NCBI GenBank assembly: GCA_042571515.1
Contig: JBHPHX010000002.1
Coordinates: 31,164-95,163, forward strand
Length of the DNA stretch: 64,000 bases
Direction of reading: 5' to 3'
From: Patescibacteria group bacterium
Lineage (GTDB): Bacteria; Patescibacteriota; WWE3; UBA101185; UBA10185
Positions 10,122 to 19,398 of the stretch are shown here, piece after piece (the first letter of the stretch is position 1; each line of letters starts with the position of its first letter). Below the pieces are notes generated by a model. That model was not told the origin of the DNA, searched no databases, and saw only the letters and a program-made list of their open reading frames with translations. Made by a program: the position numbers and the translations under genes.

Positions 10122-10927
10122 TTCATAGCTCCTGTATTTATTCGCATATCCAATTCTTCGCTATATCTCCATTTTCTTTTATTGTGATCGTCGTAATATT
10201 TGAGAATTTTTAATCTGTAATAAATTGCTAGGGTATCAATTAGCATGCCAATAACGTTAGGATCCAAAAACAGAGGTCGGTATTTGCTCCACTTGGAATT
10301 CGGATCAAAATCAAGGGTTAGTTCAACTGGCGACTCATCAATTTTTGTATATCCTAATCGATGGGCAACTGCTAGAAGCTCAATATCAAAGGCAAATTCC
10401 TTAACCAATAATCTTGGCAGCACCTCTTCTAAAACCTCTCTTTTAAAAACCTTTAATCCCACTTGTGTGTCTCTAATTCTCAAACCAAAAAGGATTCTTA
10501 CACCATAGTAATAGCCTATGCTGTATATCTTTCTCATTAGAGAAAAATTGACCTTGGAGGCTGAGTGTCTTTTGCTGCCAACCGTAATGTCAGAATCGTA
10601 CCACTCCCTGTGCTCTAAAAGCATAGAAATGCTATTTGGATTAATATCCATTCCCGAATCCACAAATGCGATAAGATCCCCCTTAGCCCTGGCCATACCA
10701 TACCTTACTGCATAACCCTTACCATGATTTTTCTTATAACCTATGATTTTTACTTTTTTCCGTTTAAATTTTTTTGCTTCCTTTAAAGAATTGTCTGGGG
10801 AACCGTCCACAACTCCAATAATCTCAAAGTCCCAACGAGTTTTTTTCATTACATCGTAAATATTCTTTAGGTCTTTTCTTATTGTTTTTTCTTGGTTATA
10901 TATCGGAACGATGACGGAAACTAACAT
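10118..10927 (-). CDS. GT2 glycosyltransferase
   Basis: VSVIVPIYNQEKTI, IAFVDSGMDINP. 4-nt overlap with the downstream GT2 gene. Confidence 0.8.
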   Translation of the reverse strand: MLVSVIVPIYNQEKTIRKDLKNIYDVMKKTRWDFEIIGVVDGSPDNSLKEAKKFKRKKVKIIGYKKNHGKGYAVRYGMARAKGDLIAFVDSGMDINPNSISMLLEHREWYDSDITVGSKRHSASKVNFSLMRKIYSIGYYYGVRILFGLRIRDTQVGLKVFKREVLEEVLPRLLVKEFAFDIELLAVAHRLGYTKIDESPVELTLDFDPNSKWSKYRPLFLDPNVIGMLIDTLAIYYRLKILKYYDDHNKRKWRYSEELDMRINTGAMK

Positions 10928-12173
10928 AGTATAACCATAATACCAAATGCAGCATCGCTACAACTAGTATATTAATATTTATAATTTGATCTAAAGAACT
11001 ATGAAATGTGTTGATAAGAAAAAATTGAACAACTACAGCAATTGTTAGAAACAGGGAAACAACCTTCCTTTCTATTGCCAAAAAGAAAATAACCAAAAAA
11101 TTTGTTAGGGCATAAAGGGCAACAAATATGGAAAACTTTGGCAAATACTCAACTGAGGCTAGAAATCTTTCTCCAAAAAAGATTAAAGTAATTAACCTTG
11201 GCAACGCTAAATAAACTATAGTGCCGGCTAAAACCAAAACGAACTGAATAATCAGAAACTGCTTAAATCTTTGGATATAATCACCCCTTTTTGCATAAAG
11301 ATTGGATATTTGGGGAAACATAACAGTGGCAACCATGGTGGCACCAAACAAAAATATTTTTCCTAAAGTAACCGTACCAGAGTAAAATCCAGCGGTGTCA
11401 GAATCAAAATATCTTTTAACCAAAACTACATCTACATTGTTTAAAGCCATTAGACCAAATTGAATAAAAAACACAGGTAGGCTAAAACTAAGTATTTTTC
11501 TAAAATAGTCGTTTAGTACAATTGGTTTTTTCTTTGTTAAATTTTTCTTTAGTACAAGGGTTGTTATAAAAATAGACAAAATTCCTGTAAGAAAAAGTCC
11601 TACGACAGCCCCCCTGAGTTGAAACCCCAGATATACTGCTAATACTGTCAAAAAGAATCTTGAAAATCCTATAACTACGGAGGAAAAAGCCAATCCTTTA
11701 AATCTCAGCAACCCCTGTAAATAAGCCAGTGGCACAACTCTCACTAGACTTAAACTGGCAAAAAGTCCAAAAATAGAAATTAACAAAACATCCGAAATAT
11801 TTAAATATTCTGCAATTCTAAATTTTAACAACCAGAAAATGCAAAAAAACAATATACCAATAAAAGAGGTCATTCCTACAAGTTTCCAAAATAGGGCGGT
11901 GAGTTTATCAAAATTATTTTTGGCAAGAAGTTCGGAAGAAATTTTTATAAGCGAGGTGCTCAAAATTCCAGCCGGGGCCCCCACCAAAATACCCAAAGAT
12001 AATAATGCATTAAAGGTGCCGTAATCTGATGGGCTTAGCATTCGACCAAGAAAAAATTGAAGTAAATAACTAAAAACACTCCCAACCATAATCCCAGTGG
12101 AAATTATAACGGTCCCATAAATAGCAGGGTTTCTCCTTTGCTCTTTTATTAGATTAATTACGCCTGTAAACAT
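10896..12173 (-). CDS. MOP/Wzx-type polysaccharide flippase-like membrane protein
   Basis: 425 aa and polytopic throughout. The N-terminus (GTVIISTGIMVGSVFSYLLQFFLGRMLSPSDYGTFNAL) is typical of polysaccharide biosynthesis (Wzx/MurJ superfamily) proteins. Confidence 0.6.
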   Translation of the reverse strand: MFTGVINLIKEQRRNPAIYGTVIISTGIMVGSVFSYLLQFFLGRMLSPSDYGTFNALLSLGILVGAPAGILSTSLIKISSELLAKNNFDKLTALFWKLVGMTSFIGILFFCIFWLLKFRIAEYLNISDVLLISIFGLFASLSLVRVVPLAYLQGLLRFKGLAFSSVVIGFSRFFLTVLAVYLGFQLRGAVVGLFLTGILSIFITTLVLKKNLTKKKPIVLNDYFRKILSFSLPVFFIQFGLMALNNVDVVLVKRYFDSDTAGFYSGTVTLGKIFLFGATMVATVMFPQISNLYAKRGDYIQRFKQFLIIQFVLVLAGTIVYLALPRLITLIFFGERFLASVEYLPKFSIFVALYALTNFLVIFFLAIERKVVSLFLTIAVVVQFFLINTFHSSLDQIININILVVAMLHLVLWLYYVSFRHRSDI

Positions 12174-13656
12174 GGTAGATGGGAAAACCCCTTAACTTGA
12201 TTTCTCCTTCAAACTCCAAATTAAATCTATCTTCAAGGCCAGAATCATCGTCCCAAATCGGATAAACAAAATAATTTGTGTGTTTAGCTTGGGCGGTAAT
12301 ATCTTTTATGCTTGCTCGGCCACCAATTTCATTTATAAAGGGCCAAATTTGGGTATAATACTTCTCTTTAAACCCAATTGTTAATTTATTTTCCAATTCT
12401 TTTTTATTTATGTATTGGTCAAGGGTCTCCCCCTCTTTAAATCTAGAAAGTTCATTACTTTTGAAATAATTTTGAATTTCTGTTTGCCCAAACATCCACT
12501 TGGGTTCAATCATATGCACTCCCTTTTTTAAACCCACAGCGTAATAAGAAAAATAATTTGGATGCAAATAAGCTAGAAGCAAAATAGCCGGTAGTCCAAA
12601 TAAAATAATTTTTTTCAAATTATCTAAATATTTTTCAAAAAATGCAGTGGCAATAAAAATCCAACAAAGCATTACGGGCAATAAATATCTGTCTAATTTT
12701 TTAGAAGGAATAGACATAAATACTAGATATAAAATTCCAAATGACAAATTATAAATAACGAAATCCTTTCTAGGTTTTTCTTTGGTAAGTAAATACCCTA
12801 TCAAACCAATGATTAGATAAGGTGAAGATCTGAGAAAAAAAACAATTGGGTAAAACAAAATTCCAGGGTTTTCCACCCACTTGCCCAAAAATAACTGCAT
12901 ATGAGATCTTTCCACGCCAATGGTAAAGATTCCTCGGTATAGAGTCTGCAACGCAAGGGGCGCATGGGTTAGCATTGCGGGCCATAGTAATACAAAACCC
13001 AAAATAAAAATTCCTAGCCAAATTAAACCTTCTTTAATTTGCTTTTTCTTTAGAAAAATCACTCCTACAAAAGGTAATAATATCAGGGCAGAAGTTTTAG
13101 TCAGTACGGCAAGGGAAACAAAGATTGCGGAGACAAATAGGTGCTTTTCATTTTTCAAATAGTAATAAAACCAAACCAGACTAGCTAGCATAAAGGAGCT
13201 CACTAGCCCCTCCAAATGAAAGACTCGTGTTAGAGCTGCGTAAAGGGGCTCCACAGAGATAAGAAAAATACTAAGAAGTGCATATTTTTTCCCAAAAAGT
13301 TTTCTAAGAGGATAGAAAATAAAGCTTAGTGTCAGTCCAATGGTGATAACCACTAGCAATTTTTGAACTTGATGTAGATTAAAAATGAATTGGATATCAC
13401 TTTCTGGAATTTTGTTAAAAAGATTAAATATTTTTACTCCAAAAGACCCAATCCACATTAAAGTCACTCCTGGATGATACTTTTGAATAGTTTTTTCAAA
13501 ATCCAAGGTAAAAACTCCTGTGCCAAAATCATAAGTTCGGGCTTTCCACTTCCAAACGTCTGTATTAAACACGTCGTGGCCGAGGCTTGGTACTCGCAAT
13601 AAAATGAAAAAAACCAGAACTGCTATTTCTAATTTATATTTTTTAATGAATTTCAT
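12154..13656 (-). CDS. GT-C fold glycosyltransferase (ArnT/PMT-like), paralog A
   Basis: 500 aa, polytopic N-terminal two-thirds plus a soluble C-terminal domain. Shares FEKTIQKYHPGVTLMW, GILFYPIVFF and PSKKLDRYLLP blocks with 15087..16559. Confidence 0.65.
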   Translation of the reverse strand: MKFIKKYKLEIAVLVFFILLRVPSLGHDVFNTDVWKWKARTYDFGTGVFTLDFEKTIQKYHPGVTLMWIGSFGVKIFNLFNKIPESDIQFIFNLHQVQKLLVVITIGLTLSFIFYPLRKLFGKKYALLSIFLISVEPLYAALTRVFHLEGLVSSFMLASLVWFYYYLKNEKHLFVSAIFVSLAVLTKTSALILLPFVGVIFLKKKQIKEGLIWLGIFILGFVLLWPAMLTHAPLALQTLYRGIFTIGVERSHMQLFLGKWVENPGILFYPIVFFLRSSPYLIIGLIGYLLTKEKPRKDFVIYNLSFGILYLVFMSIPSKKLDRYLLPVMLCWIFIATAFFEKYLDNLKKIILFGLPAILLLAYLHPNYFSYYAVGLKKGVHMIEPKWMFGQTEIQNYFKSNELSRFKEGETLDQYINKKELENKLTIGFKEKYYTQIWPFINEIGGRASIKDITAQAKHTNYFVYPIWDDDSGLEDRFNLEFEGEIKLRGFPIYHVYRRN

Positions 13657-15103
13657 ATACTTTTATTGGCGGACCTGTGCGCAAATAATTATCTTGTTCA
13701 AAAACCAAAACCCCAACATCGAGGTCACTATCCTTGTCTGCTTCGATGTATAAACCTTTGTTACTAAAGGAGGTCATGCCATAATCCACTTTTTTGGCCC
13801 CAGATTTCAATAACAACTTGAGTGACTCATCATCGAAATAAACGGGCATCTGTTGTTCCTCCAACCACTCACTTAAAATAATTCTCGTATCCTTCCTACT
13901 AAGTATGTACGATCCCCTAAGAGTATAAAGCGCTGGGATCACCAAAAACCCCGCCATTAGGATAAATTTAGTCCAGGGAGCCTGTTTCGGCTTCAGTACT
14001 ATTTCCGAGAAAAAACACGCAGAAGCTAAAATTAATGTGGGATAAACCATAAAAAAGTAGTGGGATCTAACCTTTTCAAACCCCGAAATATAATAAATAA
14101 AGGCTAAACTTGGGATCACAAGAAACCAAAGTGCTTTGTTTGCCAAAACCTTTTCTTTGGTAAACTGAGTTAGTAAATACACAAAACAAATAAAAAATAC
14201 TATAAAAAGGGTAAACCCAAAATCATCGGGCAATTTGTTAATTAAGGCGTTGAAAAATTGTCCTATATGCTGGGAAAAATTAACATCCCCCACATTTGTA
14301 AATTGCCACAGCGCCCCGGCCGGACCATCTGTTCGGCTAAATGTTTTAAAATCAAAAAGGGCATAGGGTGTACCAATCAAAAATCCTAAAACTGAGGCAA
14401 CCCCCGAAATAACTAGATTTTGAAGTTTGCTTGTGATTTTTTCTTTAGGTTCAGAAAAAACCCTAAAAAAATGAGCTAGAACAACAGTAAGGGCAATTAA
14501 CGCTCCGTTATATTTTGTAGAAGCGGCAAAGCCTACAAACAATCCTGCTAGCAAATAGTTTTTTAGATCTTTTTTAAATAAAACCAAAACTGAGAAGTAC
14601 ACCGCCCAAGCACAAAAGAAAGCCATGGGAACATCTGTAAGTGTATAGTGTGAGTGGTGGCTGTGATAAGGAGTTATAGCAATAGCTAGGGCTGCTAAAT
14701 ACCCTGCTTTTTTATTAAAAACTTTTTTTCCTGTCAAATATAGTGGAATAGCAGTCAAAGCCCCTAAAGTGGCGGTAAAAACTCTTGTTATGAAATAAAA
14801 AACTAAATCATCATTCCACATCAAAGGAAATATAGGAGAAATGATGGGCCTTATATTCAAAGTAGTCAGTACATCTCTAACACGGGCAAATATCATGTAT
14901 ACGTAGTAGTTTAGGTAAATGTATAGGTGCGGCCAATCAAAATGAGCAGGATTTGGATCAAACCTCACCCCCAAGGCAGTCCTAACCGTGGTCGCTTCGT
15001 CCGGATGAAAGATATAGGGGAATGAATGTTTTAAACCCCAGTATCTTGCAAACAAAGCAAATAAGATTATTAAAAGTAATTTGTGATCAATTTTCTTTAA
15101 CAT
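13643..15103 (-). CDS. GT-C fold glycosyltransferase (GT39/ArnT-like)
   Basis: 486 aa. The first-loop motif FHPDEATTVRTALG is typical of phospholipid-carrier-dependent GT-C enzymes. Polytopic. Confidence 0.7.
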   Translation of the reverse strand: MLKKIDHKLLLIILFALFARYWGLKHSFPYIFHPDEATTVRTALGVRFDPNPAHFDWPHLYIYLNYYVYMIFARVRDVLTTLNIRPIISPIFPLMWNDDLVFYFITRVFTATLGALTAIPLYLTGKKVFNKKAGYLAALAIAITPYHSHHSHYTLTDVPMAFFCAWAVYFSVLVLFKKDLKNYLLAGLFVGFAASTKYNGALIALTVVLAHFFRVFSEPKEKITSKLQNLVISGVASVLGFLIGTPYALFDFKTFSRTDGPAGALWQFTNVGDVNFSQHIGQFFNALINKLPDDFGFTLFIVFFICFVYLLTQFTKEKVLANKALWFLVIPSLAFIYYISGFEKVRSHYFFMVYPTLILASACFFSEIVLKPKQAPWTKFILMAGFLVIPALYTLRGSYILSRKDTRIILSEWLEEQQMPVYFDDESLKLLLKSGAKKVDYGMTSFSNKGLYIEADKDSDLDVGVLVFEQDNYLRTGPPIKVYEIH

Positions 15104-16559
15104 ATATAGTCCAGTAATTCAGCCCATTAATACTAACCATACCATCTTTAGTAAACTGCACTCCACTCTTTAAGACATCTTCTGGAAACTCCTCGTTAAT
15201 AGCTAAAATAACCAAATCATAATTGCTTGTACCATCAACTCTCATGTCAAAAACGCGGGAATTTGGATAAATGGCTTTCATTGGCTTGGTATCAATAAAG
15301 CCCAGTTTAACCTGGCCATAATTATCCAGAATATATTCTCTAAGTTCAAAAATACCTACGCCAAAAGGTTTTTGTCCTACAATATTATTAGCCATATTGG
15401 CTGGAATGGAAGTGTATGTGAAATAATAGGGAAAATTTTTAATTAAAGGGTAAATAACGAATGGCACATACAAAAAAGCCAACAACCAAACATTTTTCTT
15501 GTTAAAAATTTTCCAAAATCCCACAACTGCTAGGGTAGCTAGTAAGGGCCATAATGTAAGCATATATCTGTCCAGTTTCTTACTAGGCCAGGTCATAACT
15601 AGGAAATATCCTATGTAAAACAGCCCCAAATACAAAATAAATCCAGATTTTAATTTCCTATCCTTACTGGGCCTCAAAAGATAGGTTAGGTAGGCTACCA
15701 ACCCAACCCATAAAAAGGGTGAAGTTTTTAAAGCAGTTACAATAGGGTAGAATACCACACCGGGATCTCGGGTATATTCACCGAAAAATATTTGGCTGTG
15801 GCCTTTTCTCACCCCCACCCGTTCCCCCTCAGAAAATATTTCTGAGATAGTATCTACGGGTTTCACCCAGAGTGCAGGAAAAAATACGAAAGTGGTAAGT
15901 AAAAAGGTAAAAATGTACAAAAACATCTTTTTCGGGGATTCTTTTTTAAGAACAGCCATTCCAAGAACATACAAAAACACTCCAAGGCCTATACTTCTTG
16001 TTAAAAACGTAAATGAGGTCAAAATTGCCGACAATAGATAATTTTTGTTAAATGCTGTAATGAGCGCTCCAAAAATCAACAAAGTAAATAACACATCCAT
16101 ATGAAACATTCGCGAATTTCCTACAAAAAAGGGTTCAAATGTAAAAAGGGCAATAATAAACAAACTTTTGTAAAAGTTATTAAAAGAACGGGACAGCCAG
16201 TAGATTAATAGAATACTCAAGAATATTTGAGCAAAAACTAGCATAAATTTGGCAGCAAAATGAAAAAGCGTGAAATTTAAATGCGTGTAAGTATCCATTC
16301 CTGTAACTTGCTTTACAACTTCTATTCCAGTACCCGCAACCCACATCAAGGTTACTCCGGGGTGGTAGTGTTGGAAGGTTTTTTCAAATTGCCTAGTTTT
16401 TAACCCTACCATAAACTGCTGAGAACGATAGTGCCAATTTACAGCATCTGGGTTTACAGAGTCTGTGGCTAGTTCAGGAATTCTCGTAACGAGAAATAGA
16501 ATACAGAATAAAGTAAGGGAAATAACTTTTCTAAAATCAATTTCCTTTGCCCGTTGCAT
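15087..16559 (-). CDS. GT-C fold glycosyltransferase (ArnT/PMT-like), paralog B
   Basis: Blocks FEKTFQHYHPGVTLMW, GVVFYPIVTA and PSKKLDRYMLT match paralog A. Start moved to the ATG at 16559 because GGAGGGG lies 6 nt upstream; the track start at 16574 has no SD. Confidence 0.65.
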   Translation of the reverse strand: MQRAKEIDFRKVISLTLFCILFLVTRIPELATDSVNPDAVNWHYRSQQFMVGLKTRQFEKTFQHYHPGVTLMWVAGTGIEVVKQVTGMDTYTHLNFTLFHFAAKFMLVFAQIFLSILLIYWLSRSFNNFYKSLFIIALFTFEPFFVGNSRMFHMDVLFTLLIFGALITAFNKNYLLSAILTSFTFLTRSIGLGVFLYVLGMAVLKKESPKKMFLYIFTFLLTTFVFFPALWVKPVDTISEIFSEGERVGVRKGHSQIFFGEYTRDPGVVFYPIVTALKTSPFLWVGLVAYLTYLLRPSKDRKLKSGFILYLGLFYIGYFLVMTWPSKKLDRYMLTLWPLLATLAVVGFWKIFNKKNVWLLAFLYVPFVIYPLIKNFPYYFTYTSIPANMANNIVGQKPFGVGIFELREYILDNYGQVKLGFIDTKPMKAIYPNSRVFDMRVDGTSNYDLVILAINEEFPEDVLKSGVQFTKDGMVSINGLNYWTIYVKEN

Positions 16560-17422
16560 ATAGCACCCCTCCAATTAAACTTGTACCTAGCCTAAACAAA
16601 TGATACAAAACAGATGCACTCAGGCTGACCGGACCAGCAACTCCTACCGTAAGAAAAAACTGCATGTAAAGGGCGTCTTGGACGCCAACACCATTTAGAG
16701 AGGGTATAAAAAATCCTGCCAAAGTAATAATGGGGAAAATAAATAGAGAAAAGGCGATGGGTAATTTAACACCAATGGCCAAAAAAACCACATACTGGGT
16801 GGCAATGGCTATAAACTGTATAATTAACGACGTTATAAAGGACCAGGCCAAAACTTTATTTTGACTTTTGTACAAAATTAACGATTCATAAATTTCCTGT
16901 AATTTTTTAAATTTATTTCCTAGAAGTTTTAGGGTCTTAAGTCCAATAAAAAAGGCAATCCAGAATCCCACAAAAATCAGAATCCCCCACCAGCCCATAA
17001 ACTTAAAAAGGGCAGCAATGGATATCATGCCAAGAGCAATAACACCGGTGAATCTTTCCATGAAGGTTGCAGCAAAGGCATCCACAGTGTTACTTATTTT
17101 TCTTCCCAAGCCGATAGACTTTGTATACATCTCCACCGACGCTTGTTGGCATGAAATTATTAAAAAAGGCCCCAATAAAATACAAGGAAGTTAGGTACGG
17201 AACTGTCACATGTTCTGAGTTTTTATGAATTAATAATGCCTTCCATCTAAAAGAACCTACAATATAGTTTAACGCTATTAAAATAAAAATGAACGGTACG
17301 TATCTCAAATCCAGTAACTTAATATTTTCCACCAGCATTGGTTTATCCACACGCCATAAAATAATGCCAAGTAAAACAGAGCTGACAACAATTTTAGTAA
17401 TTAATTGGAGGTTTTTCTTCAT
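16537..17422 (-). pseudogene. UPF0104 / lysyl-PG-synthase-TM-like (flippase-like) membrane protein, interrupted by a frameshift
   Basis: Two overlapping ORFs (17090..17422 and 16537..17175) join into one protein: ...TSVGGDVYKVYRLGKK | ISNTVDAFAATFMERF.... The frame change maps to an A5 run on the coding strand (plus-strand T5 at 17097..17101). Confidence 0.6.
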
Positions 17423-18873
17423 TTCTTCCTTTTAACCATTGATAATACTAATCTAACGTCTTCCATAGAAACGAGTTTTGCAAGTACGGCAGTCCAAGCG
17501 TAGAGTGCACTTAGAACAATGTAACTTCCAATTTTCAGGGGCAAAATTCCGTTTGTACATGACAAGCTAATAGCTACTGCCTGAACAAAAACCAAAACGT
17601 GTGGATATTTGAAAAAGGCCAGGTTCAACCTGTCTTTTATAATATATACAAAAAATACAAAGCTCAGCAGTCCGCCAAAAAGCATTCCGTAGGCCATGGA
17701 ATCTAAAGGAGAAAAAAAAGATTTACCAACAAAATATATGCTTATTGTGGAAACTAACAAAAGTATAAAGCCAAAAATCATTTCCAATTTTAGCTTTGCC
17801 GGGATAATCACACTTGATTTTACAATATTGATTAAGGAGAAAAAAACAAAAGCAAATACTAGCGGCATCAAAAGGTGGTATGCACCAGCATATTTATCAC
17901 CACCTACCAAGATCGAAATTAATTCCGGGGCCCAAAAAGTGGCAGAAAAAGCAATAAAAACTATAAATGAAAATATTTTATTGAAGTTTCGCATAAAGGC
18001 TTGGTTAAAGTTTTTACGATCGTGAACATATTTTTCCGAAAAAACGGGCAAATTTACGTCTGTTATTGAGTCTGAGACGTGAATAAGTTTTTTACCATAT
18101 AACATGGCAAAAGTGTACAAACCAAGCATGTTTGCATCTCCCAGTAAACCAATCAGGTTCGGACCGGATTTTTCCCAATATTTGAGCAAGATTTTAACTA
18201 TATAAATAGACATTCCCAAAGAAAATAGTTCTTTGAAAATAATTTTGAATTCATTCCTAGTGGGGAAAGTGATTTTTTTGAAATAAGGCCTAAGTGCGAT
18301 AAAAAACAGGCTTAGAGATTTAAGGGATTCATGAATTATAAGAGCGTAAAAAAATCCAACAACTTTGAAATAATAAACAAACAAGATGTAGATTGGAACA
18401 CTAATTGCGGCAATAACGATTTGAAAAGTAAAAAGTTCTTTGAATCTTTTGGTTCCAGCAATCATGGAATTTAACATTGCTTGCATACCCTGAACAATGA
18501 TTACTCCAGCATAGATCTTAAGAGGTAGTAAAATTTCTTGAAACCCGTAAACACTAGCAATCTTGGGAGCAAGCATGTATAGGCCAATTCCTAGGGGGAT
18601 GGTGATACAGTAGCGTATTAAAACTGTGGTTATGAATATTTTTATAACATCTGTACCTTTTTTTGCAGTGGAAATTTCACGGTTTGAGGCACTGGCTAGT
18701 CCTAAGTGTTGGTAAATTCCAAGGGACTCACCCAAAGATACGGCAAGTTGAACAATGCCCCATTCAGGAACGTTCAAAATTCTAAGAATTACAAAGGTTT
18801 GAAGTAACCCTACAGCCATGGCTGAGCTACGCGAAATGAAACTAATAATTTGCCATTTTCCAAGTGTTCCCAT
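17419..18873 (-). CDS. MOP/Wzx-type polysaccharide flippase-like membrane protein
   Basis: ~484 aa, polytopic. Start placed at the ATG 18873 (MGTLGKWQ...); the track begins at a TTG at 18882. TATAAT at 18882..18887 (minus) lies 8 nt upstream of the ATG. Confidence 0.6.
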   Translation of the reverse strand: MGTLGKWQIISFISRSSAMAVGLLQTFVILRILNVPEWGIVQLAVSLGESLGIYQHLGLASASNREISTAKKGTDVIKIFITTVLIRYCITIPLGIGLYMLAPKIASVYGFQEILLPLKIYAGVIIVQGMQAMLNSMIAGTKRFKELFTFQIVIAAISVPIYILFVYYFKVVGFFYALIIHESLKSLSLFFIALRPYFKKITFPTRNEFKIIFKELFSLGMSIYIVKILLKYWEKSGPNLIGLLGDANMLGLYTFAMLYGKKLIHVSDSITDVNLPVFSEKYVHDRKNFNQAFMRNFNKIFSFIVFIAFSATFWAPELISILVGGDKYAGAYHLLMPLVFAFVFFSLINIVKSSVIIPAKLKLEMIFGFILLLVSTISIYFVGKSFFSPLDSMAYGMLFGGLLSFVFFVYIIKDRLNLAFFKYPHVLVFVQAVAISLSCTNGILPLKIGSYIVLSALYAWTAVLAKLVSMEDVRLVLSMVKRKK

Positions 18874-18975
18874 ACCTATCAATTATACTACACACCTTTC
18901 CCCAATCTGCTATAATACAATCCAAATTGAGCAATTGAATCAGGTTTTCAAATAAAATAAAGAGGAGAGAATATA

Positions 18976-19344
18976 GTGAACAGGATAGGAACTATTCCAA
19001 AAGACAAAGTCGAAATTAAGGAAAGCGAAGACCTCGGGATAGCGAAGGCTGCTGCTGCGTTCGCTTTTACTAAACACCTCGAGGCGGGAACAGGGTATAA
19101 GGTGGTTTTTGGAAAGATGGGAAACAATTCCGACTTTTGTACGTTTTTTGCTATACGTAAGGGGGAATCTTGTCCTATTGCAGAAGCTTTCGTCTTTCTA
19201 AAGGACAGACCACCGCGGGGTATAACTAAGTATACTGTCGACGTAAAAAAGGGAGATAATAAATGCAGGTACGCCCTCAAACTCACCGGCCATGACACTT
19301 TTGGTCTTATAGAGGCCAGGAGACGGGGCCGCGGCTGGTCTTAA
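18976..19344 (+). CDS. orphan hypothetical protein (122 aa); alternatively part of a structured RNA
   Basis: GTG start preceded by GAGGAG (18963..18968) with a 7-nt spacer. TATAAT at 18911..18916. A hairpin plus T6 terminator follows at 19360..19398. It is the only credible plus-strand gene in a ~53-kb minus-strand block. The translation alternates helix-like and strand-like segments and ends in RRRGRGWS. Codon choice (many G/C-ending codons, frequent AAG) differs from neighbouring genes. Confidence 0.45.
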   Translation: MNRIGTIPKDKVEIKESEDLGIAKAAAAFAFTKHLEAGTGYKVVFGKMGNNSDFCTFFAIRKGESCPIAEAFVFLKDRPPRGITKYTVDVKKGDNKCRYALKLTGHDTFGLIEARRRGRGWS

Positions 19345-19359
19345 ACTAAAGTGATCCTT

Positions 19360-19398
19360 GCGGGGAGAGTGGAACCTACACCTATCCCCGCATTTTTT
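19360..19398 (+). terminator. intrinsic terminator of the plus-strand island
   Basis: GCGGGGA (19360..19366) pairs with TCCCCGC (19385..19391). An inner GTG/CAC pairing is possible. TTTTTT follows at 19393..19398, and this T-run overlaps the stop codon of the convergent DUF2079 gene. Confidence 0.6.

Noticed and set aside
18948-19298. 116-aa minus-strand ORF in the 18883..19398 island
   Set aside because: It has no SD or promoter context. The translation is rich in Ser/Leu/Pro/Arg, typical of the antisense shadow of a G+C-richer segment. The plus-strand reading has an SD, a start codon and a terminator.
18930-19398. Identification of the island as RNase P RNA, tmRNA or SRP RNA
   Set aside because: I looked on both strands for the hallmark strings: GAGGAAAGUCC and ACAGAA..GGCUUA for RNase P, a GGGG..UUCGAC 5' end plus a T-arm/..CCACCA 3' end and an Ala-rich tag ORF ending in a stop for tmRNA, and GGAAGGAAGCAGC for SRP. 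Only loose resemblances turned up (AAGGAAAGCGAAG, GGACAGACCACC). A covariance-model search is still needed, so the possibility of an unclassified RNA is kept as a finding.
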